Assembly (NCBI GenBank): GCA_029261035.1
Contig: JAJDCD010000023.1
Location: forward strand, 237,126-301,125
Origin: Candidatus Omnitrophota bacterium
GTDB taxonomy: Bacteria > Omnitrophota > Omnitrophia > Omnitrophales > JACROU01
DNA length: 64,000 nt
Reading direction: 5' to 3'
This document shows positions 32,733 through 42,408 of the stretch, piece after piece (positions within the stretch are counted from its first letter, which is position 1; every line of letters starts with the position of its first letter). The notes beneath the pieces are model-generated. The model saw only the letters and a program-made list of their open reading frames with translations. It ran no database searches and was not told the DNA's origin. The position numbers and the translations under genes are program-made.

Positions 32733-32968
32733 ACTAAATCCTTTGTGCTTTTAACATCTGTGATTATAGGATCATAGCCCCCTTTACAAAAGGGCTGACA
32801 CCGTAAAATTCTAAAGAGAGTTTTTAAGCTTCCTTGAAGAAAGCCTTTTTTTTCATAAGCTTCGTGAGCATACTCTGAACAAGTTGGAACAAACCGACAG
32901 TGGTTTCCAAGGAGCGGGGAAATTAAAAAGCGATATGCTTCAATGAGTTTAAGAGCAATCCATTTCAT
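32729..32968 (-). CDS. yidD: Membrane protein insertion efficiency factor YidD
   Basis: 79 aa with conserved Cys residues (CRFVPTCSEYA) and a 4-nt overlap with yidC. Confidence 0.8.
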   Translation of the reverse strand: MKWIALKLIEAYRFLISPLLGNHCRFVPTCSEYAHEAYEKKGFLQGSLKTLFRILRCQPFCKGGYDPIITDVKSTKDLV

Positions 32969-33366
32969 TAAAGCACCCTTGCTTTTTTTAGTAGAGAAAT
33001 TAACTCTTTTTGTATCTCGTTTAATGACGGAGATACTAAAGGTTTATTTAGCCGGACCATTAAATCAAAAGGTTTATTTAAGCCATGTTTATGCAACCGA
33101 AAAACTTCTCTAACGAGACGCTTTATTCGATTACGCTCATGTGCTTTTTTCAAAACCCGTTTACTAACGACAATTCCTAAGCGAGAATTTTGTGGAAGAG
33201 CTGATTTAGAGCGCCCAGTTGATTGGGTTAACGAAGAGAGAGGGGGTCTTTCTTTATAATAAAGAGACAACAGTGTGCCTCTTAATTTATTTCCGCCTCT
33301 TAAAACCTTTAGGATTTCAGAATTTTTCTTTAACCGTTCCGTTTTTGAAAACTTATATGTTTCCAC
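32968..33366 (-). CDS. rnpA: RNase P protein component
   Basis: 132 aa, basic, located between rpmH and yidD. Confidence 0.85.
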   Translation of the reverse strand: METYKFSKTERLKKNSEILKVLRGGNKLRGTLLSLYYKERPPLSSLTQSTGRSKSALPQNSRLGIVVSKRVLKKAHERNRIKRLVREVFRLHKHGLNKPFDLMVRLNKPLVSPSLNEIQKELISLLKKARVL

Positions 33367-33368
33367 AA

Positions 33369-33506
33369 CTATACAACAGCTAAACGCTTACGTCCTTTGC
33401 GTCTTCGATTTGCTAAAATTTTAGCTCCACCGCGAGTGCTTTTTCTCTTAAGGAAACCGTGCTTGTTTCTCTTTTTTCTATTGGATGGTTGGTATGTTCT
33501 TTTCAT
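33369..33506 (-). CDS. rpmH: 50S ribosomal protein L34
   Basis: Hand translation of the minus strand gives [45 protein letters not shown]. It is absent from the ORF track because it is under 60 aa. Confidence 0.85.
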   Translation of the reverse strand: MKRTYQPSNRKKRNKHGFLKRKSTRGGAKILANRRRKGRKRLAVV

Positions 33507-33555
33507 AGCCCGAAGATTATATCAGAGACACTAGGGACAGGCTACTTTATTTTCA

Positions 33556-33612
33556 CTCATTCAGGCCCGGGCCTCTTTTTTTCAGAAAAAGGAGGCCCGG
33601 GCCTGAATAGAG
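33556..33612. repeat. ~55-bp GC-rich near-perfect palindrome
   Basis: cattcaggcccgggcctctttttttcag / aaaaaggaggcccgggcctgaatag. The 17-bp arms ATTCAGGCCCGGGCCTC are exact reverse complements and the flanks extend the symmetry. It lies between the divergent starts of rpmH and the Rrf2 gene. Confidence 0.6.
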
Positions 33613-33684
33613 AAATGAAAGGATATTTGACTAAATCTACATCGCAGGTTAAAATCCTCTTAATCAGATAGGAGTAATAGGAGT

Positions 33685-34128
33685 ATGAAGATATCCAAAC
33701 GAGGTGAATACGCTTTAAGGTGTTTATTAGCATTAACTTACAACTATGGAAAAGGTGTGCTTAAACTCAGTGAAATCGCCAATGAGCATGAGATTCCTTA
33801 TAAATTCTTAGAACAAATCATGATTCTTTTAAAACAGGCAGAGTTAGTAAAAAGCCAAAAAGGAAAAAAGGGAGGGTATGAACTGGCCAGAAACCCTAAC
33901 GAAATTCTTTTAGGAGAAATAGTTCGTTTGACGGATGGACCTTTGGCCCCTATTCATGACGAGAGAAGTTTGAAGCATTTGGTTGATGAGGGAGGTCCTC
34001 AGGCAGGGCTCTTTGACTTATTCCTCGAAGTTCGAAACTCCGTCTCATCTATATTAGATCATCGAACCCTCCAAGACTTAGCTCAAAGGAATATGGAGCT
34101 TCAACAAAAAGAGATGTACTTCATTTGA
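33685..34128 (+). CDS. Rrf2-family transcriptional regulator
   Basis: 147 aa. The N-terminal wHTH MKISKRGEYALRCLLALT...LSEIANEHEIPYKFLEQIMILLKQAELVKSQKGKKGGYELAR is the Rrf2 signature. No Fe-S-ligating Cys cluster was seen. Confidence 0.8.
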   Translation: MKISKRGEYALRCLLALTYNYGKGVLKLSEIANEHEIPYKFLEQIMILLKQAELVKSQKGKKGGYELARNPNEILLGEIVRLTDGPLAPIHDERSLKHLVDEGGPQAGLFDLFLEVRNSVSSILDHRTLQDLAQRNMELQQKEMYFI

Positions 34129-34339
34129 GGATAAAGCTATCAAATGAAAGAGAACAGAGAACAGAGAGCAGAGTACAGAGATTCCGTAAATCGTTGACAA
34201 TAATTTGATGATTTCCCCTAAGTTCTTTGTATAAAACTCCTTATGAATAAGCAGTAAAAAAACCTCTAAAAATTGTGGTTTCAGAGGTTGTAAGAAGTGC
34301 TCCTACCAGGTATGATTCATAAAATTTACTCTTTTAAAG

Positions 34340-37300
34340 GTGTTTTCTAATTTTATGATCAAGTTCAAAAAACCGATCGCTTTTTTTACTTTTTTACTTT
34401 TTACGATGAATACGTTTGCTTATGCTGCGCCGGAAATCTCTTTGTCTTCTTTAAAGGCTAAAGACAATATTCTTCTCCCATTAAATATTCAAATACCAGA
34501 AACCTTAGGCGTCGTTGAAGAAGAAATTTTAGGTTCTGGCCCTATAGTTATTCATATAGAAGATGCTCATGCAGATTACCAAGCCCAGAAAAACATACAA
34601 GCAATTATTGAACACTTAGAAAAGACCCAAGATTTTAACCAGCTTTTTCTTGAGGGTGGAGCAGGAGAATTGACCCCCGAAAGCTTTCATTTCTTTGAAG
34701 AACATTCGTTAAATCAAAAGGTTGTCGATGACTTAATGCAACAAGGCTTGTTTTCGGGAGCCGAAGCGTTCTTGGTCGATAATACTGAGACAGCCCAAGG
34801 TTTCGGCATTGAGGACATTGATACGTATCGAAAGAACTTACAACAATTTCGAGAAGTGATTCAAACAAAAGAAACGCATGTTTGGACTGAAGAACAAAAA
34901 CAAATCCTTTCCACTCAAATTTCAAAAACATTCCCCAAAGAATTAAGAGAGATTGTTTCTCTTAGACAGAAGCTCGACCTAAATCAAATATCACTGTTAA
35001 GTTATGTAAACCTTTTGAATCATTTAGTAAAAAAACATCTTTCCATCGATTTACAAGACAAGAAACATCAATGGGATTACCCCTCTTTAGTTCGACTTGT
35101 TCGACTTAAGGAGATGAAAACAACAAACCTCGAACAAATCCAATCAGAAAAGAAAGCGTGGCTCGAAAAACTTGAAGAGCTTAACTTAGATAACGAATTG
35201 ATGGAAAAGCTAGAGAATATAGAAAAACAAAAATTCCCAAGATTTGTCTTAGAACAACTGCACCAAGCAAAGGGAGGGAAGCTTTCTTTAGAGGATTTCC
35301 CAGCATGGAAAAATTATCTTCAACAATTAATGTATCAAACAGAAGTTGATAGCAAAGGGTTGTTTCAGGAAATAGAGAGCCTTTCAGGGAAACTCTATAA
35401 GGGGTTAGTCCAAACACCAGCGCAACAAAGTCTTCTTAAAAAGATAAAGAGTTTTCATCTTTTCGAAAAGCTTCTCTTGCTCGAGCTTACCCGAGAGGAG
35501 TATGGGAAACTTAAGATAGAAAATCTAGATGTTATGTTACCTGAAGAAATTGAAACTGTGTTGGAAGGGGCAAAATCTTTTTATAGGGAGGCTATAAAAA
35601 GAGAATTCTTTTTCACTCAAAATTTATTATCTCAAATGAAAGAAAATAAAAACCCAAAATCTATTTTAGTTACAGGAGGGTTTCATTCTGAAGGAATAAA
35701 AAAGAAAATAAGGGAATTAAATTTCTCTTATGTCCGAATTCGCCCTCACGTAGGATCTTCCATTGAATCACGAAAAATTTATTTAAATACGTTGCTTGAA
35801 GAAAATAAAACAAAAATAGCTTCCATTGCTAACGTACTTCAGATTATGCCTGAAGCCACACAGCAAAAAATGGGCGTTTCTGTTAAGAGAAGATTTTTTG
35901 TTAATGCAGCAGTGAGCCGAGCAGCATCTTTGGGTGAGGAGGAGCTTCCCAAAATTCCTGGAGCCAAGATTTTGACTTTATCTTTAGGGGAGCTTGCGGA
36001 TTACCTTGCTGAGAATCTTGAATCTCAATTTGAAGAGGCTGGGCGCAATTTTAGAACAAAAAAACCCAATGCGGTTTTAGATAGTTTTGAAATTATGGCG
36101 AATGCCCGATTTATTGATGCGGACACGGTTCGATTTATTTCACAACCTAGATTAGCCACAGGAGAAGATGGGGCTATTGTTAATACATCCCATGGGTTGT
36201 TGTCCAACATCATAGGCTTGGAGCCTAATGACTTTCAATCTCATTGGATGCGATTGATATTTTATTTATATCCTAACGATAAAATAGTTATTAATTTTAT
36301 TCACAATGGGTTTGTGCGAGAGCTCATCAGAAAAAGAAATGCGCACAAGTCACAAAAAGAATTTGATTATGATTTATCCATACGGGATGAGTACATTAAA
36401 TTAGCTCGAGTCTTTGTCGAGGCGTTTCGAAAAACACCTTATGGTTCTTCTGAAGAAAAGATTGAAAGCGTAAGAATTATAGAAGCGATAGGGGTTCCTT
36501 GGTTTTCATCTGAAGAGCAAAGCACCATTAAAATAGGAAATCAGGTTTCCTTGTATCTGTTATCGCAGTTACAGCTTTTAAGTGAGAAAATTGAAGGGGC
36601 ATCTCTGGGAGAAACAAATCAAATAGAAAAGAGCACCTTCTTTCAAAAATTTTGGGAGGCTCCTCTGTGGTTTAAGGTTCCTGTCAGTGTGGGTGTCATT
36701 AGTACTGCAGCAGCCCTTCTTTTTGGTTTAGGCTTGCCGGAGGCTTTTAAAAATCCAATAGCTTCTTTTTTTAATAACATCACTATCTTTGGATTTTTTG
36801 TTGCACTTGCAGATATTTTAGGTCAATGGATTTCGGGGGCAAAATATAATTTAAAACAAACTTTTCTTTCTTTTTTTCCTTTGGGGTTAGCGTTAGGAAC
36901 AATGACTTTTGTAGGTTACGGAATTATTAATTACTTAGTTCCTCAAGACTCTCAACTGACGGTCTGGATTTGGGGCGTTTTGCTTAGTGTTAGCGCTTTA
37001 ATGGGCTTCAAGTTAGCCAATTTTTATAACAGTTTTAAGGAAGATGTGAGCCAACTTCAACATTGGGCTTTTCGTATTGCGGGTATCGCGTTCCCACTTA
37101 TTCTAATTTGGCACTATCTGCCACGCGAAGAACCTCTTCCTGAGTTTGTTGTGGGCATTGTGCGTGTGTTGGGAACTTGGGTTGTGATACGGAGTAGAAC
37201 GATTCCTTATGCCTGGCTTGTCAAAAGAGTCAGAAATCAAATTAAAAAAGAAGAAGCAACGACATCTGCAGATAAAGAGGACGCAAAAGAAGCCTTAGAT

Positions 37301-40300
37301 GCTCAAGAAAAACAATACGAATCTTTTTGGATGTCGCGAGTTCCTTCCTTCATTAAAAATTATGTTGTGATGATGTTTTTCCCTCCACATTTAGCAGTTA
37401 TTTTAGAAGGCATTGCTACGCAATATTTCCAATTGTTTTACTCTTGGTCTGTAAATAAAAAAGGATTCATGATTAAAAAGGAAAATCTAAGAGGAAACCG
37501 AATGTTTCTTTTCTTTTTAGGGTTTATTTGGTGGTTAGGTGTTCAGCGTTTTACAAAAACAGAAACTAAGAAAGAGCCAAAAGAAGAAATAGAAGCAAAA
37601 AGTTTAGGAGCGATTTCGGATAAAGATAACAAAATTACGCGCCTTAATTTCTATAAGAAAGTTCGCCCTTATTTAGCTTATCTTGCCAGAAAAAATGTTT
37701 CGGCACCTTTTGCTGCAAAGACACCGGATTTGTTCTTACTTTTAGGCCATGGAGACCCTAGAACTTTCTATGAATTTTCTGGAGTTTGGAGAGATGCCAG
37801 TTTGAAAGGGCATCAAGTTCCCATTGTGATTGCTGGCGGTAGGGGTAGGGGAACGGATCTGTTGGTTCAAAAAATTATGCTCTATGCCCAAGATAACAAA
37901 ATTCCTTTTACCGAAGAAGAGCGAGCGTTGATTCTTAAAAGCGATATTTCTGAAGCTGAGATCATTAAAATGGTTCTTGTGAAACAAGAGATTCCTGAAG
38001 AGTTAATCACTGTTGAAACAAAATCCACAAATACACCCGAAAACTTTGTTAACAGCCTTGCTTTTGTTAAGCAGCTTGTGGGCCAAGATGCGTTAATTCA
38101 AGTCGTAACAAATCCACCTCTTAATTTAAGAGCCCATCAAACAGGATTAAAAAAATGGGAAGATATCATTAAAAGTCAGTCGTGGCAGTTGCGCACAACG
38201 CCTGTTTACATGCCTCGTTTACAAAAAATGACAGAAGAGGACACTTTAGAGTTTATCGCTTATGTTTTAGGCTTACCTTCGGGTTATCAACCTAAGAATA
38301 CGTCTGTGAATCGTAAAAGTGAAACAGAGCGAATTGCAGAGTATGGAACAAAAGAAACCCCAGATCTAATTCCTCTAGATTTTTCCGAAACAGAATGGAG
38401 CTTAGATGCTGTAAGGGAATTAAGAGAAACACATTTCAGAGACTTTCTTCAGCAAAAAGGCGACGTTCCGAAAGACAAGTGGAGCAAAGGCATTTGGGCT
38501 CTTTTATTCTTTATTCCATCTTTCTTTATTGCTTTAGGGGTTGTCCCCGACTTTTTCTATAATGCGCGAGCGTTGTCCCCAACTTTTTACCTTCATGAAT
38601 TTTTGCATGGCAGTAATAGTTGGAATTTAGAAAACTTAAATATTCCTCTTTGGGCCAAAACAATGACTCATTGGGGCCCTATTTATTATGTGTTGTATGC
38701 GCTTGAATATGTTGCTCATGGTATTTCCGATGGACTTGTCTCTGTTTTTTCTTGGGCACTTTCTTTTTTTGGCATGGAAGAAGAAGGGGGTAAGCTTTCG
38801 TATATTATTCCAGATGCTGTTGATTTAATGATAGGTTTTACGGGCTTAAAAGTTGGACAAACACTATACTCTTTAAAGAATCAAACCCGCCTTTCGAGAT
38901 TTGGAATGTGGTCCAGCTTTACGGTTGCTTTTGGTTACTTTGCTTTTCACACACTCTATATTTTGCATGATGCCTTTCGCATCGGAGATTTTTCTAAAGT
39001 ACACCATCCTGAGAATGGAGACTACCGTATGTTTGCCAGCATTTTTTCTTCAGGTGCAGCGAGTCCAGGTCAAATATTTTTAACAGGCCTTTTCGTAGCA
39101 AGTTTTTCTTATCTTTTTGTTACTGCAGGCCATTGGCTTTTAAGTGGGATTAAAAACAGGTTACAACTAGGTTCTATTCGAGAGAGTTTTAGAAAAAGAG
39201 TAAGTGAAAAAATAATTTCTACTTACAAATCTACGGTTTTGGCTCTTTCCATTTTTATTGTTAGTTTTACAGCACTTTTAACAAGCGCAAGTTACTCCAC
39301 TCCCAAAATAACACCTGCTTCACCAGAGGTAAAAGAAACAGACCCAGAAAAATCCACCAAGAAAAGAGAACGCAAAGAGGACTATGTTGCCAACCCGGCA
39401 AAAGGAGATAGTTTAGGAAAGAGTATAGAAATAGCTCGAAGCGCCTCTAGACCGAACAGTGTAGAAGCGGCTTCTTTGGGATCTCAACAGGAAAAAATTG
39501 ATGAGAGAAGATTAAGAAGAGCTCAGCGAAGCCATAGACGATATAAAGATCCATTAGTATCTTTGATTCATATGGTGGTTACAGCGGATCAGAATCGTTT
39601 ACTTATGGTTAAGTCGGTGGAAGGGGCTCGTTGGTCGTTGTTGGAAGGGGCTCCTGTTCTTGGTGAAACTGTTTTTGAGGCTTCTAAGAGAATTCTACCT
39701 CTCTGGATTAATATGGCAGCCCAAACAACGAAGGCAATTGGGATTGTTTCTGACCCAGAACTTCATGATGTTTATGTTTATTCTCCTGTTATGAAAGTTG
39801 TTTTAAGGGATCAACAGCTTTTAAAAGATTCGAATCAGTTTTTTGATGCTCGTTTATTTTCCCGAGAAGAATTAAAGTCTATTTATCTTAAAATGTTTGT
39901 AAACCCAAATCATCGAAGCCTTGTTGAGGCTTTTGTTAATGATCCTCAGCTATCACATATCCCTGTTAAAGCAGAAAGTTTAAAATTTGCTGATCCGGAC
40001 AAACGTTTAATTGAAACGCCTTCTTTTGACCAAGCTAAAGCTAGAAGAACCAAAGAAGAACATAATTACCATATAGAGCAGGGGAAAACACAACACAATT
40101 TAACATCGGTTGGATTGGTGGAGGTAACGAAGCCAAACGGAGAATATTTAGGAGTTATGCTTCAACAAATTAAAAAAGGAGCATATAAAGGGCAGTGGTC
40201 TTTAAGTGGAGGGCATCCCTCTCATGGTGAAAGTGCTGTTTATGCGGGCATGCGAGAGATATATGAGGAAACTAGTTTGGTTGCAACCAAGCCGCACTTT

Positions 40301-42235
40301 TTAGGCATTTTGCCTCCAAGTTATCCTGGTAGTCCTGAAAGTTACATTCAATCTTTATATAGTTTTCAAGCAAAAGGTTATCCTAACCCTGATAATAAAG
40401 AAGTTTCCGCCATTGCTTTTGTTAAGAATTTTGAAGAGCTCAATGAGTTTGCGCGAAATAATATACTTGCGTGGAGTGTGTATGGGACCGTAGCTAAATT
40501 TCTATTAGAAAAAGAAGGTGTAAAACTACCGGAAGAAATAACAACATTAGTGAAATCCCTTTTTTCAAAATATGCGTTTGATTCAAAGCGACTTCACTCG
40601 GTAACTCTTGCATTAACTTACTTAATTCCAGAAATTATTAAAACACAGCTGCAGAATGTTAACTTAGAGAACTCGAATTTTATTTTAAGTTCTATGTTCC
40701 ATTATTACTTATCCAAGATGTTGCTAGACACACTACAAAGTAACCCCCGGTTTGAAGCAGGCGCGTTGCTGCGATTTATGCAATTGGGCGATCAAGATAT
40801 ATATGACCCTAAAGCTTCTGGCGGAGGAGCGTACTTTACACAGGAGATTCCCGAAGAATTTAAAGCGGCGTATGAGAAGCAAGAACAAGAAAATGGACGA
40901 TTATTAGCAGATAAATGGTTGTTAGAAGAAAAAGGGATTTTTTGTTTTAGAAAGAAACAAGGTGAGGAGATGCGTTATGAAACTTGGTATTGGAGAGTGA
41001 ATCCTTGGAACGATGGAGCAACTTTAAAATTAGAGGATGAGGAGTATCAAGGGTTAGAGGCTCTATCCTTAACGTTGCAACAAGCAACTCATTTTGTTCT
41101 TAATGATCGCAATGCCAATGGCTTTTTACTCATAGACCCAAAAAGTCCTTTAGCTCAAATCGCAGAGGCTTCAAGAGAGGAGAGCAACTCTGCTGCTATT
41201 GAAGGGAGACCCGTACTTCCATCGGAATATTTGGTTCCAGAACTTCAACTATTATTAGGCGAACAGGTTCAAGATATGAATGAAACCTTAGATGCAATGG
41301 CAGAAGAAATGCTCCAATTTCTAGGAAAATCAATTTTACCTTCTACGCATGAAAACTTAAAACAACGCTTGCGACTCGAACTCTTTAAAATTTTATATGT
41401 AACACAAATGGCGGAGATCTCTCACCTCGAAACTGTTGGAGCAGCTTCTCTAGGTAGTATAAAAGAAAGAGAAGTAGACGCTATTATTTATGTGACAGAA
41501 ACTGTTGCCGGAGGGATTTATTATTTACCAGAGGCAGATCAAACACTTCTTGTGTTGTTTAAAGAAAATGCTAAGGATGGAAAGACAGAAATAAAAACTT
41601 CATCTGCTGTAAATGCTTTTAATAGGGATATAACGCCGGTTTTGAATCTAGTACCACAAAATGTAAGGGGCCCTCAATCCAGACTGCCGCTCATTGTTTT
41701 TGATGATGTTCTTAAGAAGAGAAAAGAAACGGCACGTCAAATGGCGCATCAACTTTCTTCCGCGCTAAAGCCAGGCGACTTATTTGTAGCTGTTTGGGAG
41801 GGAGACGATAAACCTTCAGTGCTGAGCCAGCTTTATCGAGAAGCAAATACATCCGAGTTTCAGGTGCGGGATATTCCAAAAGCGCTTATTTCTGAAGCGC
41901 GTGTTCAGTCTTTGACGCGAAAAATAGAAACAGCTCCTGTGGCAATTAGTTCGTTATACGATACTTCAGATTTAGAACTGGAATTGCGAGGAGGCGATAA
42001 AATTAAATTAGATTTAAGCTCATTAATTGAAAAGGGGGTTAACCCGATTCAAGTCGTGAAATTAATTCGAGCGCTTTCAGATAATTTAGAAGCCCGAAAG
42101 GTGCTTTTTGAACGTATTGGATTTAAGTGGAACGAAAAAGAAGGTTTTTGGACCGTTGGAAAAGACTTTACTCAATTCCTCGAAACAATCTACACACAAT
42201 CTCTCACACAACAGCTAGTCCTTCAAGCAGCTTAG
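34340..42235 (+). CDS. Giant secreted/membrane protein of 2631 aa. It has an N-terminal domain shared with the second giant protein, two polytopic TM blocks, an embedded Nudix hydrolase motif and recurring A[AS]SLG motifs.
   Basis: Uninterrupted 7.9-kb ORF in AT-rich DNA. Signal peptide MIKFKKPIAFFTFLLFTMNTFAYA. N-terminal domain residues ~60-480 are homologous to the 43433 protein. Hydrophobic helices occur at residues ~770-900 and ~1380-1640. Nudix box GGHPSHGESAVYAGMREIYEETSL at nt ~40207-40275. An RBS-like AAAGGTG lies upstream. Confidence 0.9.
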   Translation: MFSNFMIKFKKPIAFFTFLLFTMNTFAYAAPEISLSSLKAKDNILLPLNIQIPETLGVVEEEILGSGPIVIHIEDAHADYQAQKNIQAIIEHLEKTQDFNQLFLEGGAGELTPESFHFFEEHSLNQKVVDDLMQQGLFSGAEAFLVDNTETAQGFGIEDIDTYRKNLQQFREVIQTKETHVWTEEQKQILSTQISKTFPKELREIVSLRQKLDLNQISLLSYVNLLNHLVKKHLSIDLQDKKHQWDYPSLVRLVRLKEMKTTNLEQIQSEKKAWLEKLEELNLDNELMEKLENIEKQKFPRFVLEQLHQAKGGKLSLEDFPAWKNYLQQLMYQTEVDSKGLFQEIESLSGKLYKGLVQTPAQQSLLKKIKSFHLFEKLLLLELTREEYGKLKIENLDVMLPEEIETVLEGAKSFYREAIKREFFFTQNLLSQMKENKNPKSILVTGGFHSEGIKKKIRELNFSYVRIRPHVGSSIESRKIYLNTLLEENKTKIASIANVLQIMPEATQQKMGVSVKRRFFVNAAVSRAASLGEEELPKIPGAKILTLSLGELADYLAENLESQFEEAGRNFRTKKPNAVLDSFEIMANARFIDADTVRFISQPRLATGEDGAIVNTSHGLLSNIIGLEPNDFQSHWMRLIFYLYPNDKIVINFIHNGFVRELIRKRNAHKSQKEFDYDLSIRDEYIKLARVFVEAFRKTPYGSSEEKIESVRIIEAIGVPWFSSEEQSTIKIGNQVSLYLLSQLQLLSEKIEGASLGETNQIEKSTFFQKFWEAPLWFKVPVSVGVISTAAALLFGLGLPEAFKNPIASFFNNITIFGFFVALADILGQWISGAKYNLKQTFLSFFPLGLALGTMTFVGYGIINYLVPQDSQLTVWIWGVLLSVSALMGFKLANFYNSFKEDVSQLQHWAFRIAGIAFPLILIWHYLPREEPLPEFVVGIVRVLGTWVVIRSRTIPYAWLVKRVRNQIKKEEATTSADKEDAKEALDAQEKQYESFWMSRVPSFIKNYVVMMFFPPHLAVILEGIATQYFQLFYSWSVNKKGFMIKKENLRGNRMFLFFLGFIWWLGVQRFTKTETKKEPKEEIEAKSLGAISDKDNKITRLNFYKKVRPYLAYLARKNVSAPFAAKTPDLFLLLGHGDPRTFYEFSGVWRDASLKGHQVPIVIAGGRGRGTDLLVQKIMLYAQDNKIPFTEEERALILKSDISEAEIIKMVLVKQEIPEELITVETKSTNTPENFVNSLAFVKQLVGQDALIQVVTNPPLNLRAHQTGLKKWEDIIKSQSWQLRTTPVYMPRLQKMTEEDTLEFIAYVLGLPSGYQPKNTSVNRKSETERIAEYGTKETPDLIPLDFSETEWSLDAVRELRETHFRDFLQQKGDVPKDKWSKGIWALLFFIPSFFIALGVVPDFFYNARALSPTFYLHEFLHGSNSWNLENLNIPLWAKTMTHWGPIYYVLYALEYVAHGISDGLVSVFSWALSFFGMEEEGGKLSYIIPDAVDLMIGFTGLKVGQTLYSLKNQTRLSRFGMWSSFTVAFGYFAFHTLYILHDAFRIGDFSKVHHPENGDYRMFASIFSSGAASPGQIFLTGLFVASFSYLFVTAGHWLLSGIKNRLQLGSIRESFRKRVSEKIISTYKSTVLALSIFIVSFTALLTSASYSTPKITPASPEVKETDPEKSTKKRERKEDYVANPAKGDSLGKSIEIARSASRPNSVEAASLGSQQEKIDERRLRRAQRSHRRYKDPLVSLIHMVVTADQNRLLMVKSVEGARWSLLEGAPVLGETVFEASKRILPLWINMAAQTTKAIGIVSDPELHDVYVYSPVMKVVLRDQQLLKDSNQFFDARLFSREELKSIYLKMFVNPNHRSLVEAFVNDPQLSHIPVKAESLKFADPDKRLIETPSFDQAKARRTKEEHNYHIEQGKTQHNLTSVGLVEVTKPNGEYLGVMLQQIKKGAYKGQWSLSGGHPSHGESAVYAGMREIYEETSLVATKPHFLGILPPSYPGSPESYIQSLYSFQAKGYPNPDNKEVSAIAFVKNFEELNEFARNNILAWSVYGTVAKFLLEKEGVKLPEEITTLVKSLFSKYAFDSKRLHSVTLALTYLIPEIIKTQLQNVNLENSNFILSSMFHYYLSKMLLDTLQSNPRFEAGALLRFMQLGDQDIYDPKASGGGAYFTQEIPEEFKAAYEKQEQENGRLLADKWLLEEKGIFCFRKKQGEEMRYETWYWRVNPWNDGATLKLEDEEYQGLEALSLTLQQATHFVLNDRNANGFLLIDPKSPLAQIAEASREESNSAAIEGRPVLPSEYLVPELQLLLGEQVQDMNETLDAMAEEMLQFLGKSILPSTHENLKQRLRLELFKILYVTQMAEISHLETVGAASLGSIKEREVDAIIYVTETVAGGIYYLPEADQTLLVLFKENAKDGKTEIKTSSAVNAFNRDITPVLNLVPQNVRGPQSRLPLIVFDDVLKKRKETARQMAHQLSSALKPGDLFVAVWEGDDKPSVLSQLYREANTSEFQVRDIPKALISEARVQSLTRKIETAPVAISSLYDTSDLELELRGGDKIKLDLSSLIEKGVNPIQVVKLIRALSDNLEARKVLFERIGFKWNEKEGFWTVGKDFTQFLETIYTQSLTQQLVLQAA

Positions 42236-42241
42236 AGCATT

Positions 42242-42408
42242 GTCATCCCGTACTTGATACGGGATCCAGTGTCTTTATCTTTTCTTTAATCGTCATTGCG
42301 AGGCGTCGAACAAAGAGCCGCGGCAATCTCAGGATTTTGAATAAGAATGGAAGATGCCCATTTTCTTGAGATTGCCGCAGCTTTTTTGTCAAAGCTTCGC
42401 AATGACAG
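42242..42408. repeat. Intergenic modular repeat cluster: module A (GTCAT, hairpin, ATCCAGTGTCTTT) followed by two inverted copies of module C (GTCATTGCGAG...GCGGCAATCTCAG)
   Basis: 42242-42276 gtcatcccgtacttgatacgggatccagtgtcttt. 42292-42338 gtcattgcgaggcgtcgaacaaagagccgcggcaatctcaggatttt. 42368-42408 is the reverse-orientation copy. Related copies are at 59104-59283, 61234-61272 and 62592-62684. Confidence 0.6.

Noticed and set aside
33556-33612. Rho-independent terminator interpretation of the GC-rich palindrome
   Set aside because: The element sits between two divergently transcribed gene starts (rpmH on minus, Rrf2 gene on plus), so there is no upstream transcript to terminate. It is kept as an operator, attenuator or repeat candidate instead.
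42127-42369. 80-aa ORF overlapping the end of giant gene 1 and the module A/C repeats
   Set aside because: It lies inside structured repeat DNA, and its reading frame is an artefact of the repeat sequence.
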